A stretch of DNA of 60,732 nucleotides, filler included, from a candidate division WOR-3 bacterium (GTDB taxonomy: Bacteria > SDB-A), in assembly GCA_016934535.1 (NCBI GenBank). It is 5 parts of 5 records of this genome, joined end to end, with 100 filler letters (N's around TTAATTAATTAA, not from the genome) between each part and the next. Parts side by side here need not be neighbours in the genome. Positions count along the whole stretch, not along the records: positions 1 to 13,879 come from JAFGSQ010000052.1; 4 more parts are not named here. One strand, given 5' to 3'. Position 1 is the first letter of the stretch. Every line of letters begins with the position of its first letter. Below the pieces are notes generated by a model. It was not told where the DNA came from and made no database searches. It was given only the letters and a program-made list of their open reading frames with translations. Positions 1 through 8,944 of this stretch are shown piece after piece. The translations under genes and the position numbers were made by a program.

Positions 1-51
1 AACCCCGCTGGATTTTGAGTCCAGTGCGTCTACCAGTTCCGCCACTCCGGC
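1..51 (-). tRNA. tRNA-Leu(CAA), 5' part only (truncated by window start)
   Basis: Reverse complement GCCGGAGTGGCGGAACTGGTAGACGCACTGGACTCAAAATCCAGCGGGGTT: Leu-type D arm, anticodon stem CTGGA/TCCAG around loop CT-CAA-AA, start of variable arm. Confidence 0.9.
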
Positions 52-97
52 AGGCAGAAAAAGGCAATTATAAACATCATTTTTTGACAAAGCAAGA

Positions 98-1399
98 ATG
101 AAAAATTTTTTTATAGATTTCAACGGATGTCAGAGAAACCACATAGACGCCGAACTGATATCGGCGGCGTTGAAGAAAAATTCCTTTGACGAAGTTCACG
201 CTCCGGAGAGAGCGGATGTTTTGATTTTCCTTGGATGCGGATTTACTGAAGATGCAAGAAAAGAGAGCATAGAAACAATACTCGAGATGTATCTTGCAAA
301 AAAGAAAAAATCCGTTCTCGTCGTCGGAGGATGTATTTTCAGAAGACACAAGGCAGAATTAAAAAAAAATCTGCCTGAAGTCGATCTTTGGGTGGACGGC
401 TCCAACCCGGCTTTATTCCTAAAAACTCTTAAAAACACCGAGCAGACGGATGATTTTTCTCTGCCTGAACTCGATGGACCGAGAAACAGAATGGGATTGT
501 TTCATGTCGGGCTCGTAAAAATTTCCGAGGGCTGTCTCAACAACTGCTCGTATTGCGCAATACCGTTTATTAGAGGACCTTTAAGAAGCAGAGAAATAAA
601 GCATGTCACAGACGACGTCAAAAGACTCCAGGACGAGGGATGCACTGAAATTATACTCGTGTCGCAGGATTCGACGGCGTACGGGAAAGACAAAGCAGGT
701 AAAAGTCTTATGCCGAAACTTTTGGGTAAAATGGAAAAATGCGTATATCCCGGGGTGAAATACAGGATACCTTACCTTCATCCTAATGGAATTGACGACA
801 GACTGGCGGAAAAAATCGCTGGAACTGAAAAAATGATAAAATGCCTCGATATACCGGTTCAGCATTTTTCCGACAAACTGCTTAAAAAAATGAACAGAAA
901 TTCAACCGGCGCAGAACTCGTGGATCTGTTTTCGAAACTTCGTCAAAAAATTCCGGGGTCGGCCTTCAGGACCACTTTTATAGTCGGATTTCCAGGAGAG
1001 ACAGACCGAGACGTCGCGAAAATTATAACCGCTTCCAGGAAAATCGGTTTCGAAAGATCCGGTGTATTTATATACAGCCGGGAAGACAACACACAGGCAA
1101 AAAGTTTTCAAAATATACCCGCTAGAAAAACAGCCAGAAAAAGATATTTCGAAGTAAAAAAAAACCTGGACGTGGTAATGCTCGGCAAAGACAAAATGCG
1201 GGAAGGTCTTAAAATCCAGGCGATAATTGACGGTTACGCGGGTTCTTACGCCGTCGCGAGAACCGATTGGGACATGCCTGATGTCGACAAGGCGGTTTTC
1301 ATTAAAGACGAAAAAAGAGAGTTACAGAGCGGAATATGGACAAACATAAAAATCGTGAAAGCGACAAAAAATGCCTTATACGCGGTCAAAGCGGACTGA
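98..1399 (+). CDS. rimO: MiaB/RimO family radical SAM methylthiotransferase (RimO-like)
   Basis: N-terminal GCxxNxxD and CGF motifs, KISEGCLNNCSYCAIP (CxxxCxxC), RTTFIVGFPGET, C-terminal TRAM-like region with PDVD. Confidence 0.8.
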   Translation: MKNFFIDFNGCQRNHIDAELISAALKKNSFDEVHAPERADVLIFLGCGFTEDARKESIETILEMYLAKKKKSVLVVGGCIFRRHKAELKKNLPEVDLWVDGSNPALFLKTLKNTEQTDDFSLPELDGPRNRMGLFHVGLVKISEGCLNNCSYCAIPFIRGPLRSREIKHVTDDVKRLQDEGCTEIILVSQDSTAYGKDKAGKSLMPKLLGKMEKCVYPGVKYRIPYLHPNGIDDRLAEKIAGTEKMIKCLDIPVQHFSDKLLKKMNRNSTGAELVDLFSKLRQKIPGSAFRTTFIVGFPGETDRDVAKIITASRKIGFERSGVFIYSREDNTQAKSFQNIPARKTARKRYFEVKKNLDVVMLGKDKMREGLKIQAIIDGYAGSYAVARTDWDMPDVDKAVFIKDEKRELQSGIWTNIKIVKATKNALYAVKAD

Positions 1400-2465
1400 A
1401 AAACTTTTTTTGTATCTTTTGGCGTCAATGTTTTTTGTCCTTAACTTCTGCGTTTCGTGCTCGAAAAATTCGAAAGAAATTTTTAGCAAGATAGATTCCA
1501 CAAATTATTTTGTATTGTTTTCGGATTCGATGGACGGTGAAATCACTTCGTGGGACGCGTCCGGAGATTCGGCTCTGATGATAGGGACTTCCACCGGAAG
1601 AATCGCGCTTTATTCACTGAAAAACGGCAAGATTCTCGACGATACTTTTTTCGACGGGTCCGTGTCTCAGATAAACTGCGTCAGTGAAGGGTGTGCCGTC
1701 CTTTTCAGCGACGCTTACGTCAGGCTTTTTGACGAAAATTGGTCCATGGTCAGGGAATTCAGGATTTCCAGAGGCAGATACATGCCTTCGGCGGAAGGCC
1801 CCGGAAAGATATTCTATCAGAAGCTTGACGGTGAGATATTTATATTCGACCACGAGGTCCTCTACGTTTCAGAAATAGACATAACACAAGCCAAGGGAGT
1901 CGGAATGAGAAGGCCTGTAAAAAACAGCGGAAAAATTCTGTTTCTGACGAGAAAAGCACTCTGGTGCCTCGATTCAAAAAGCGGAAATATTTTGTGGTTT
2001 TCTCCTTTCGAAGGTGCGGCAATTCCGGCTGATTTTGCCGTTTCTGACGACACGGTATTTGTCTCGTTTGACGACGGGACACTTCTCACCGTCGAAAGCT
2101 TCGACGGGAGAATACTGATGAGCCGTTCACTTTTCGAAGGTGAGGGGTTTGTCTTTGACGTCCAGTGCGAAGACATGTATTATATTGCAGAAAACGGTGA
2201 TATAGGTGTATATTTCAGGGGATCTGAAGAATTTCTCTGGAATCTCAGAACAGGCAATGTTTATTTGACCAAGCCTTTGACGGACAGCGAAAATGTCCTG
2301 TGCGTAAGTATATCAGGTCAATTTCTCGCCGTTGACAGGTGGACAGGAAGAGTGAATGAGGCTCTTATGCTGCCTTTGCAAAACGTGAAGTATTTTGAAA
2401 AATCGGGAGAAATTTTTATAGCCGCGGGAGGGAACGGTGTTTTTTGCGTCATCGGCAAAAAATGA
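1371..2465 (+). CDS. PQQ-like/BamB-like beta-propeller repeat lipoprotein
   Basis: Hydrophobic N-terminus ending CVSC; repeated 'LDxxSGxxLW'-type blades. Confidence 0.6.
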   Translation: MPYTRSKRTEKLFLYLLASMFFVLNFCVSCSKNSKEIFSKIDSTNYFVLFSDSMDGEITSWDASGDSALMIGTSTGRIALYSLKNGKILDDTFFDGSVSQINCVSEGCAVLFSDAYVRLFDENWSMVREFRISRGRYMPSAEGPGKIFYQKLDGEIFIFDHEVLYVSEIDITQAKGVGMRRPVKNSGKILFLTRKALWCLDSKSGNILWFSPFEGAAIPADFAVSDDTVFVSFDDGTLLTVESFDGRILMSRSLFEGEGFVFDVQCEDMYYIAENGDIGVYFRGSEEFLWNLRTGNVYLTKPLTDSENVLCVSISGQFLAVDRWTGRVNEALMLPLQNVKYFEKSGEIFIAAGGNGVFCVIGKK

Positions 2466-3555
2466 AAAGTGTTTGCATACAATCTTTTTTTTATTAACCG
2501 GTTTATTGGTTTTGTCATGCTCTTCGCTTCACGAAGCGAAATACGATTTTTCAATTTACGGCGGAAGCCGCGATCATTCTCCTTACAGAACAAAAGGCGT
2601 CGAAGAGTTCGGAAAAGAACTCTTTTTCGCCGTTCAGATAAGACCGGTCGGAGTTTTTATTCATGAAACCGGTTATGCTGTATTTGCATCAGACGGAGAA
2701 ATTTTATTTTTTGATCCCGCAGCGGGCACCTTGTCCGTAATTAAAGAGACCGGCCGATATTTTTCTTCGGTAATACAGTCCGGTCAATACTTTTTCGCGG
2801 TTTGCGAAGACAGCGTTCTGATCAAACTTGACGCCGGTTTTTCTTTGGTTTGGGAAGTATCACTTGAAGAAAAAATAATTTCCCTGCCCGTGCTAAATGG
2901 CGGCAATCTGATATTGATCACTGAAAACGGTGTGCGAGGTGTTTCCTCTTCGGACGGCTCTACCGAAGCCCGCGTCGAAGGGTTGAATTTCACGGGCTGC
3001 GGCAGAGTCTCTCCCCTTGTAAACGAAGGTAAAATGTACGTCCCTTCTGCCGGAGGAGAGATTTTATGTTTCGATCTCAAAAAATTCACGCTGTCCTGGA
3101 CTTATTTTACGGGAAGCTTTTTTCCAGTCAGATCGGTTCCTGTTATGACCGGATCGAGACCATCGGTTTTTGACTGCGCCGGAACATTCCACATCTTAAA
3201 TCCCTCGGACGGTTCTCTTTACGGAAAATTCAGATTGCTTCCTATCTCTTCTCCGTCTTTTGCCGCAGTTGACGGAGACGAAGTAGTAGTTTCTAGCCTT
3301 TTCGGAGACAAAATCGTTTTTTCATATTCTCTGAAGAATAGTGAGATGAACTGGATCAAAAAAGGATTTTTCGGACAGCCTTTCATTTTCAAAGACGCCC
3401 TTGTCGTGGCTTCCGACAGTTCATTAACTGTACTCGACAAAAACGGAAATGTTATCGAGAGCTATACTGAAAATTCAGGAGTAACCAGTTATTTCATACA
3501 TCCGCAAGCCTTTTTCATGTTTTCGGATGAAGGATTGAGAATTATATCAAAGTGA
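2437..3555 (+). CDS. PQQ-like/BamB-like beta-propeller repeat lipoprotein (start uncertain, see findings)
   Basis: Lipobox-like LVLSC; blades such as SPLVNEGKMYVPSAGGEILCFDLKKFTLSW. Confidence 0.6.
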   Translation: MFFASSAKNEKCLHTIFFLLTGLLVLSCSSLHEAKYDFSIYGGSRDHSPYRTKGVEEFGKELFFAVQIRPVGVFIHETGYAVFASDGEILFFDPAAGTLSVIKETGRYFSSVIQSGQYFFAVCEDSVLIKLDAGFSLVWEVSLEEKIISLPVLNGGNLILITENGVRGVSSSDGSTEARVEGLNFTGCGRVSPLVNEGKMYVPSAGGEILCFDLKKFTLSWTYFTGSFFPVRSVPVMTGSRPSVFDCAGTFHILNPSDGSLYGKFRLLPISSPSFAAVDGDEVVVSSLFGDKIVFSYSLKNSEMNWIKKGFFGQPFIFKDALVVASDSSLTVLDKNGNVIESYTENSGVTSYFIHPQAFFMFSDEGLRIISK

Positions 3556-3562
3556 GGAAAAT

Positions 3563-4060
3563 ATGCCCCAAGTTTTTCTGAGCGACCGAGCCGTGGTTGA
3601 AGGAGACGTGAGGCTTGGACAAAACGCCAACATCTGGCACTGCGCGGTTTTGAGAGCCGACATAAATCACATCGAAGTAGGCGAGAACACCAACATTCAG
3701 GACGGATGCATTGTTCACGTAACGCACGTACTTCCGGCTGTAATAGGAAAAAATGTAACAGTGGGACACGGCGCCATAGTACACGGGTGCAGGATTGAAG
3801 ACAACGTGTTGATCGGCATGGGGGCCGTAATACTGGACGGTGCCGTGGTCGGAAAAAATTCCGTCGTAGCGGCCGGTGCAGTCGTGCTCGAGAATCAGAA
3901 AATCGAAGAGAATTCGCTTGCGGCCGGAATACCCGCGAAAATTAAAAGGGCTGTATGCCAGGAAGAGGTGCTAAAGATTTCCGAATCCGCCGCTGAATAT
4001 GTTAAACTTGCACAAAAAAAATTAAAAGAGACGAATTTCGACAGGAGGATTGATGATTAA
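3563..4060 (+). CDS. gamma carbonic anhydrase family (hexapeptide repeat) protein
   Basis: VLRADINHIEVGENTNIQDGCIVH...VTVGHGAIVHGC with the three His ligands; RBS GAGGA. Confidence 0.9.
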   Translation: MPQVFLSDRAVVEGDVRLGQNANIWHCAVLRADINHIEVGENTNIQDGCIVHVTHVLPAVIGKNVTVGHGAIVHGCRIEDNVLIGMGAVILDGAVVGKNSVVAAGAVVLENQKIEENSLAAGIPAKIKRAVCQEEVLKISESAAEYVKLAQKKLKETNFDRRIDD

Positions 4061-5177
4061 AAAAATGATGCACGGCAACGAAGCCTGCGCGTATGGAGCC
4101 ATAATAGCCGGCTGCAGATTTTTTGCCGGTTATCCGATTACGCCATCGAGTGAGATCGCCGAAGAAATGGCGGTCATGCTTCCTCAAGTCGGAGGAAAGT
4201 TCATACAGATGGAGGACGAGATAGCTTCGATGGCCGCAATTATCGGTGCGAGCCTCAACGGAATAAAATCCTTGACCGCGACATCCGGACCGGGTTTCAG
4301 CCTCAAACAGGAGAACATCGGTTACGCGTGTCACGCCGAAATCCCGTGCGTTATAGTCAACGTTCAGAGAGGGGGCCCTTCGACGGGCAGTCCGACGATG
4401 CCTTCACAGGAAGATTTCATGCAGAGCAGGTGGGGAACTCACGGGGATCATTTCATAGTCGTGCTTTCTCCGAGCAGTGTTCAGGAAACTTTCGAACTGA
4501 CAATCAAATCGTTCAACATTTCCGAAAAATACAGAACGCCCGTGATTCTTTTGATGGACGAGATAGTCGGGCACATGACTGAAAAAATGATATTACCGGA
4601 ACCTGGAGAGGCGGAAATAATAGAAAGAAAAAAACCCGGCGTGGAACCCGAAAACTTCAAACCGTACGAGACCACTGATGACGGAGTTCCGCCCATGGCG
4701 GCATTCGGAAGCGGTTACAGACATCATGTCACGGGACTGATGCACGACGACACGGGTTTTCCCACAAACGACAACGCCAAAATAAAAGCGCTTAAAGACA
4801 GATGGAAAAAGAAATTTGACATGGCGCGTGATTCTATTGTGATGACGGAGCTGATAGATGCCGAGGACGCCGAGTATCTCGTTTTTTCGTACGGCAGTTC
4901 GGCCAGGTGTGCGAGGAAGGCCGTAAAAATGGCGCGTGAGAAAGGTGTCAAAATCGGACTTATGAAAGCTTTGACACTATGGCCGTTTCCCGACAAAGAG
5001 CTGGCGAAAGCCTCGGAGAAGCTTAAGGGAATAATCGTCGCCGAAATGAACATGGGTCAGGCGATACGCGAAGTGGAACGTGCAATACCGAAAAACGTCA
5101 AAGTTCTTGGTGCAAACAGGTACGACGGCGAATCGATGCACCCCAACGATATTCTAAACGTTATAGAAAAATTTTAA
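4053..5177 (+). CDS. korA: 2-oxoacid:ferredoxin oxidoreductase alpha subunit (KorA-like)
   Basis: GNEA, FFAGYPITPSSEI, QMEDEIAS, ATSGPGFSL, QRGGPSTG; ATG at 4053 after AGGAGG. Confidence 0.92.
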   Translation: MIKKMMHGNEACAYGAIIAGCRFFAGYPITPSSEIAEEMAVMLPQVGGKFIQMEDEIASMAAIIGASLNGIKSLTATSGPGFSLKQENIGYACHAEIPCVIVNVQRGGPSTGSPTMPSQEDFMQSRWGTHGDHFIVVLSPSSVQETFELTIKSFNISEKYRTPVILLMDEIVGHMTEKMILPEPGEAEIIERKKPGVEPENFKPYETTDDGVPPMAAFGSGYRHHVTGLMHDDTGFPTNDNAKIKALKDRWKKKFDMARDSIVMTELIDAEDAEYLVFSYGSSARCARKAVKMAREKGVKIGLMKALTLWPFPDKELAKASEKLKGIIVAEMNMGQAIREVERAIPKNVKVLGANRYDGESMHPNDILNVIEKF

Positions 5178-5190
5178 AAGGGGACAAGGA

Positions 5191-5745
5191 ATGTCTTTTC
5201 GTTACGAAATCAGATTGAGCGGCGCAGGCGGGCAGGGTTTGATATTGATAGGAAAAATCCTCGCCGAAGCCGCGGCTATATTCGCAGACCTGAACGCGAC
5301 CCAGAGCCAGTCATACGGACCTGAATCCCGAGGCGGAGCCAGCAGGAGCGAAGTAATAATATCGGATGAAGACATAGATTATCCGAAAGCCGGACAGGTG
5401 GATTTTCTGCTGGCGATGACACAGGAAGCTTTTGACAAATACTCGGGAATGACGAAAAACGGCGGCGTTATTGTCTACGACAAGGAACTCGTTCACTCGC
5501 CCAAAGAAGTCGAAGGAGTAAGAGTGTATCCTTCCGACATAACAAGCATCGCGGTCAGAGACCTTAAAAAACCTATCGTCGCGAACATGGTCGCCCTCGG
5601 GATAGTCGTGAATCTTTCGAACATACTTCCCGTTGAAACAGTAAAAGAAGCTATAAAGTCGAGGGTTCCGAGAGGAACCGAGGACATCAATCTTCAGGCT
5701 TATGAACTTGGTTACGAAAAAGGGAAAGAGCTTCAGGGGCTTTAA
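5191..5745 (+). CDS. korC: 2-oxoacid:ferredoxin oxidoreductase gamma subunit
   Basis: IRLSGAGGQG, QSYGPESRGGASRSEV, ANMVALG. Confidence 0.92.
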   Translation: MSFRYEIRLSGAGGQGLILIGKILAEAAAIFADLNATQSQSYGPESRGGASRSEVIISDEDIDYPKAGQVDFLLAMTQEAFDKYSGMTKNGGVIVYDKELVHSPKEVEGVRVYPSDITSIAVRDLKKPIVANMVALGIVVNLSNILPVETVKEAIKSRVPRGTEDINLQAYELGYEKGKELQGL

Positions 5746-5753
5746 GGCCATTC

Positions 5754-8717
5754 TTGAAAAGCGCCGAACTTAAACTTCTGACGCCTCTTCAGAGGAATTT
5801 GGAGGAGATTTCCGGATGGGGCAACCACATGCGGAAATACGCTTTTTTCATTGAAAGCAACTACGAATCTCTGATGGAAGAGCTGGCACGGAAAAATTTG
5901 TCCGACGAAATTCACCTTTCTCACAGCCTTCCGGATTTCGACAAACAGATATCGAGAGAGATGGCCGTAATAGCCGGACTCGAAATAGAATGCGCGGACA
6001 AAGTGAAGCATCTGGGGACTTATTATGCAATAAAACTTGTCCAGCTCAACGTCACTACTATAGATTTCATAAGACCCGCGGTCATCAAGTCGGATCCTCT
6101 GAAAGCATACGAGAATTTCATGCGCGAAATCGGATGGAAATTCAGATCCCTGACGTCAATATTTCTCGAGAATCTGATACCAATCCTTTCAGCAGACCTT
6201 AGAATCCCGCCATTTATAATAGCGAGTGTAGGCACAAGAACAGACATGGACGACATAGATGCCGCCGTAATAACCGTTGACAGCGACACAAAAGATCTCG
6301 ACAAACTGCTGAGCCGAGTCAACAAAGTGATGACCAAGTACGGAACCACGATGCATTTTCATCTGGCTGAAAGCATAGACAATGGCAAATACAGCGCGAC
6401 TGTAGCGGAATTCATCGGTTTTGCCGTTCAAAATGTTTCAAATTTTGTCTTCATAACCGAAATAATCGGCGCGAAGAGAATTTATGGGCCGCATAACCTG
6501 ATGGAAGAATTTGAAGAAGAGGTATTTCAGCTTTTTTATCCGGAATATTCTCCCGACGTCAGGTATCACGAAGCGTATCTCAGGATGATTTTGGGCGAGA
6601 TAAGAATTTATCTCAACAGAAAGATTGAATCGGAATACATAAATCCGAAAAACGACGCTCTGAGAATGATAAAAGCGCTGATAACAGTTCAAAAGACAAG
6701 ATACGGTATATATAAAAAAAATCCATGGGCAGTGCTCGATAAACTTAAATATTTTGATTCAAAGAACTGGGACATCTACAAAGCCATTGGAGAAAGTCTG
6801 GCTTTTGTCGAAACTCTGAGGTTTTTGTTCATGCTCTATGGAACACAGGAAGAACTGATCCAGCTCGATGTTCCTGAAAACGTGAACACGCTTAAGCAGA
6901 TAGCAGGGATAATGGGGATTGACTCCATCGGTGCTGTGTCTAGCTTAGAACACCTCCTTATAAGATATTACGACCATTTGAGGCGAGTCAAGAAAATCGT
7001 AGAATTCATGCTCGATGACTGCCGGGAATACCTGAAAAGGATAACTCTCATAAATGAGGTCCTCACGGAAAACAAGGGTAACCTCGCCGTCAATTTCGCG
7101 AAAAATTCTGACATTTTCAAGGGTTCCGATTTCTGGGACGACATACTCGAAGCCTTCTCACTGGACGATTTCAGGCTTTTGCGGGTATTCGCGAGAGATT
7201 ATCTCTCTCTTGATCCTAGGTTAAGGAAAGTCATCCTCAAAGGACTTTTTTCGCGCATCGAGTACACTTTTGACGGTCTCGTATCATTCATCGTCATGTT
7301 AGGAACTCAAAAAAACTACAAAGAGATGTTGCCGGTCAGGGATGAGTTTCTTTTGTACCTGACAAACAGCTTTCAAAACACACCGGATCTTCTTTTTTCA
7401 CTCGTCGGATTTTTCGAAAAAAACAATATAGGGCTCTGCCTTCTTCTCGAAAGTATTGACAGAGAAACTCTTCTAAAAATAAAAGAAACCTTCGCCAATC
7501 TCAGGGAAGATTCCTCTGAAAAGAAATCTAAAAAATCAAAAAACTACAATTTCAAGAATGTTCTCAACATTTACGCTGAAGGCAGCCGCTATTTCAGAAA
7601 ATATTTCCAAAAAATCCTTCTTTCCGACCCATGGATAGTAAAACTGATAGAATCCGAGGAAAAAATCGAAGACATATGCTCGGGAATATTTGCCGAGATA
7701 TCGAGAACTGTCAACAGACAGACTCAAAAGTCGCTTTTGACGCGATTTTACAATCTGAAATTCTTGAACATCGGCCTCGAAGCAATAGGAGGTAAATCTT
7801 ACGACGGGATTTCAAAGGATTTTATTGAGCTTAACAACGATTATCTGGTCACGCTTTTCGACGTGTGTTTTCTGGAATTGGAAGAGCAGAAATCTTTGAG
7901 GTTAAAAGGGGAAGACCTTTTTTTGTTTTTTATAGTGGGCAGTCTCGCCCGAGAAAGTTCATTCAACGATGACATAGACATACTCGTCATTATGGACACG
8001 GAAGAGACCGACCTATTTACTTCATACAATAAAATTCTTTCGAGAATGAGCAGAGAAATAGTAAAGACAGGCACCATTCCGCAGTTCAGACTGGCCGATC
8101 ATTTCGGCACATACGTGACTAAAATGAGCGATTTAAAGTCATTTTTCCAAAAAAACACATCTGACACTTTCATCGAAAAATCCCAGATCCTCGAGTCAAA
8201 ATTAATTACCGGCTCTGAAATGTTTTTGGAAAAATTCAAAAGCGAGCTGATAGAAGAAGAAATTTTCACCAAATGGGACATTTTCGCTAAAAAAATGCTC
8301 GATGAAATAACAGGCAGACACGAAAACAATTCCGATTTCATATACAATGTCAAAGAAAGCCCCGGTGGAATAAAAGACATCGAGATGATTTTTCTAATAT
8401 TGAAAGCCAAATACGGAGTAGTCTTCAAATACGGGGAAGAACTGGTCCAGGAGCTGGCGGAAAGAATGCCGGCAACATCGGATCTCGTCGCTAGAGCCGC
8501 CCTTTATCTCAAGCAATTGAGGGAAATAAGACAATTCATGAGATTAACAGTATCAAAAACGAATGTAATAGATACGACCGAACTTTCCAGAAATTTTAAA
8601 TCTTCTGTGATTCCATACAACGGCAGAAATTCTTCCGATTTTGAAGAATATTACCGCAGATTGATGTCAAATTCGAGAGAGAATCTCGAGAAATTAATAG
8701 GTCTCGTTTTTATATAG
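5754..8717 (+). CDS. GlnE-like protein with two pol-beta-type nucleotidyltransferase domains
   Basis: Two G-x(n)-DxD cores (VGTRTDMDDIDAAVI; VGSLARESSFNDDIDILVI), each followed by a GlnE/GlnD-type helical motif (INPKNDALRMI; YNVKESPGGIKDIE); TTG start 8 nt after korC stop. Confidence 0.65.
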   Translation: MKSAELKLLTPLQRNLEEISGWGNHMRKYAFFIESNYESLMEELARKNLSDEIHLSHSLPDFDKQISREMAVIAGLEIECADKVKHLGTYYAIKLVQLNVTTIDFIRPAVIKSDPLKAYENFMREIGWKFRSLTSIFLENLIPILSADLRIPPFIIASVGTRTDMDDIDAAVITVDSDTKDLDKLLSRVNKVMTKYGTTMHFHLAESIDNGKYSATVAEFIGFAVQNVSNFVFITEIIGAKRIYGPHNLMEEFEEEVFQLFYPEYSPDVRYHEAYLRMILGEIRIYLNRKIESEYINPKNDALRMIKALITVQKTRYGIYKKNPWAVLDKLKYFDSKNWDIYKAIGESLAFVETLRFLFMLYGTQEELIQLDVPENVNTLKQIAGIMGIDSIGAVSSLEHLLIRYYDHLRRVKKIVEFMLDDCREYLKRITLINEVLTENKGNLAVNFAKNSDIFKGSDFWDDILEAFSLDDFRLLRVFARDYLSLDPRLRKVILKGLFSRIEYTFDGLVSFIVMLGTQKNYKEMLPVRDEFLLYLTNSFQNTPDLLFSLVGFFEKNNIGLCLLLESIDRETLLKIKETFANLREDSSEKKSKKSKNYNFKNVLNIYAEGSRYFRKYFQKILLSDPWIVKLIESEEKIEDICSGIFAEISRTVNRQTQKSLLTRFYNLKFLNIGLEAIGGKSYDGISKDFIELNNDYLVTLFDVCFLELEEQKSLRLKGEDLFLFFIVGSLARESSFNDDIDILVIMDTEETDLFTSYNKILSRMSREIVKTGTIPQFRLADHFGTYVTKMSDLKSFFQKNTSDTFIEKSQILESKLITGSEMFLEKFKSELIEEEIFTKWDIFAKKMLDEITGRHENNSDFIYNVKESPGGIKDIEMIFLILKAKYGVVFKYGEELVQELAERMPATSDLVARAALYLKQLREIRQFMRLTVSKTNVIDTTELSRNFKSSVIPYNGRNSSDFEEYYRRLMSNSRENLEKLIGLVFI

Positions 8718-8728
8718 GAGGTCAAGTT

Positions 8729-8944
8729 TTGCAGACAAAAAAATTTAAGATCACGGTTGACGAAAAGCTTTGCAAGGGATGCGAAAACTGCGTCACTCAG
8801 TGTCCCAAAAAAGTTCTCGAACTCAACTTGTTGCAGAAAGCTTTCGGCGCAAGACAAAACGACTGCATAGGATGTCTCAGGTGCGAGTATGTCTGTCCTG
8901 ATTTCGCGATAACTGTAACCGAAATTGAAGGAGACTCAAAATGA
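8729..8944 (+). CDS. korD: 2x[4Fe-4S] ferredoxin, oxidoreductase delta subunit
   Basis: CKGCENCVTQCP and CIGCLRCEYVCPDFAI; TTG start, RBS AGGAGG overlapping the upstream stop codon. Confidence 0.9.
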   Translation: MQTKKFKITVDEKLCKGCENCVTQCPKKVLELNLLQKAFGARQNDCIGCLRCEYVCPDFAITVTEIEGDSK

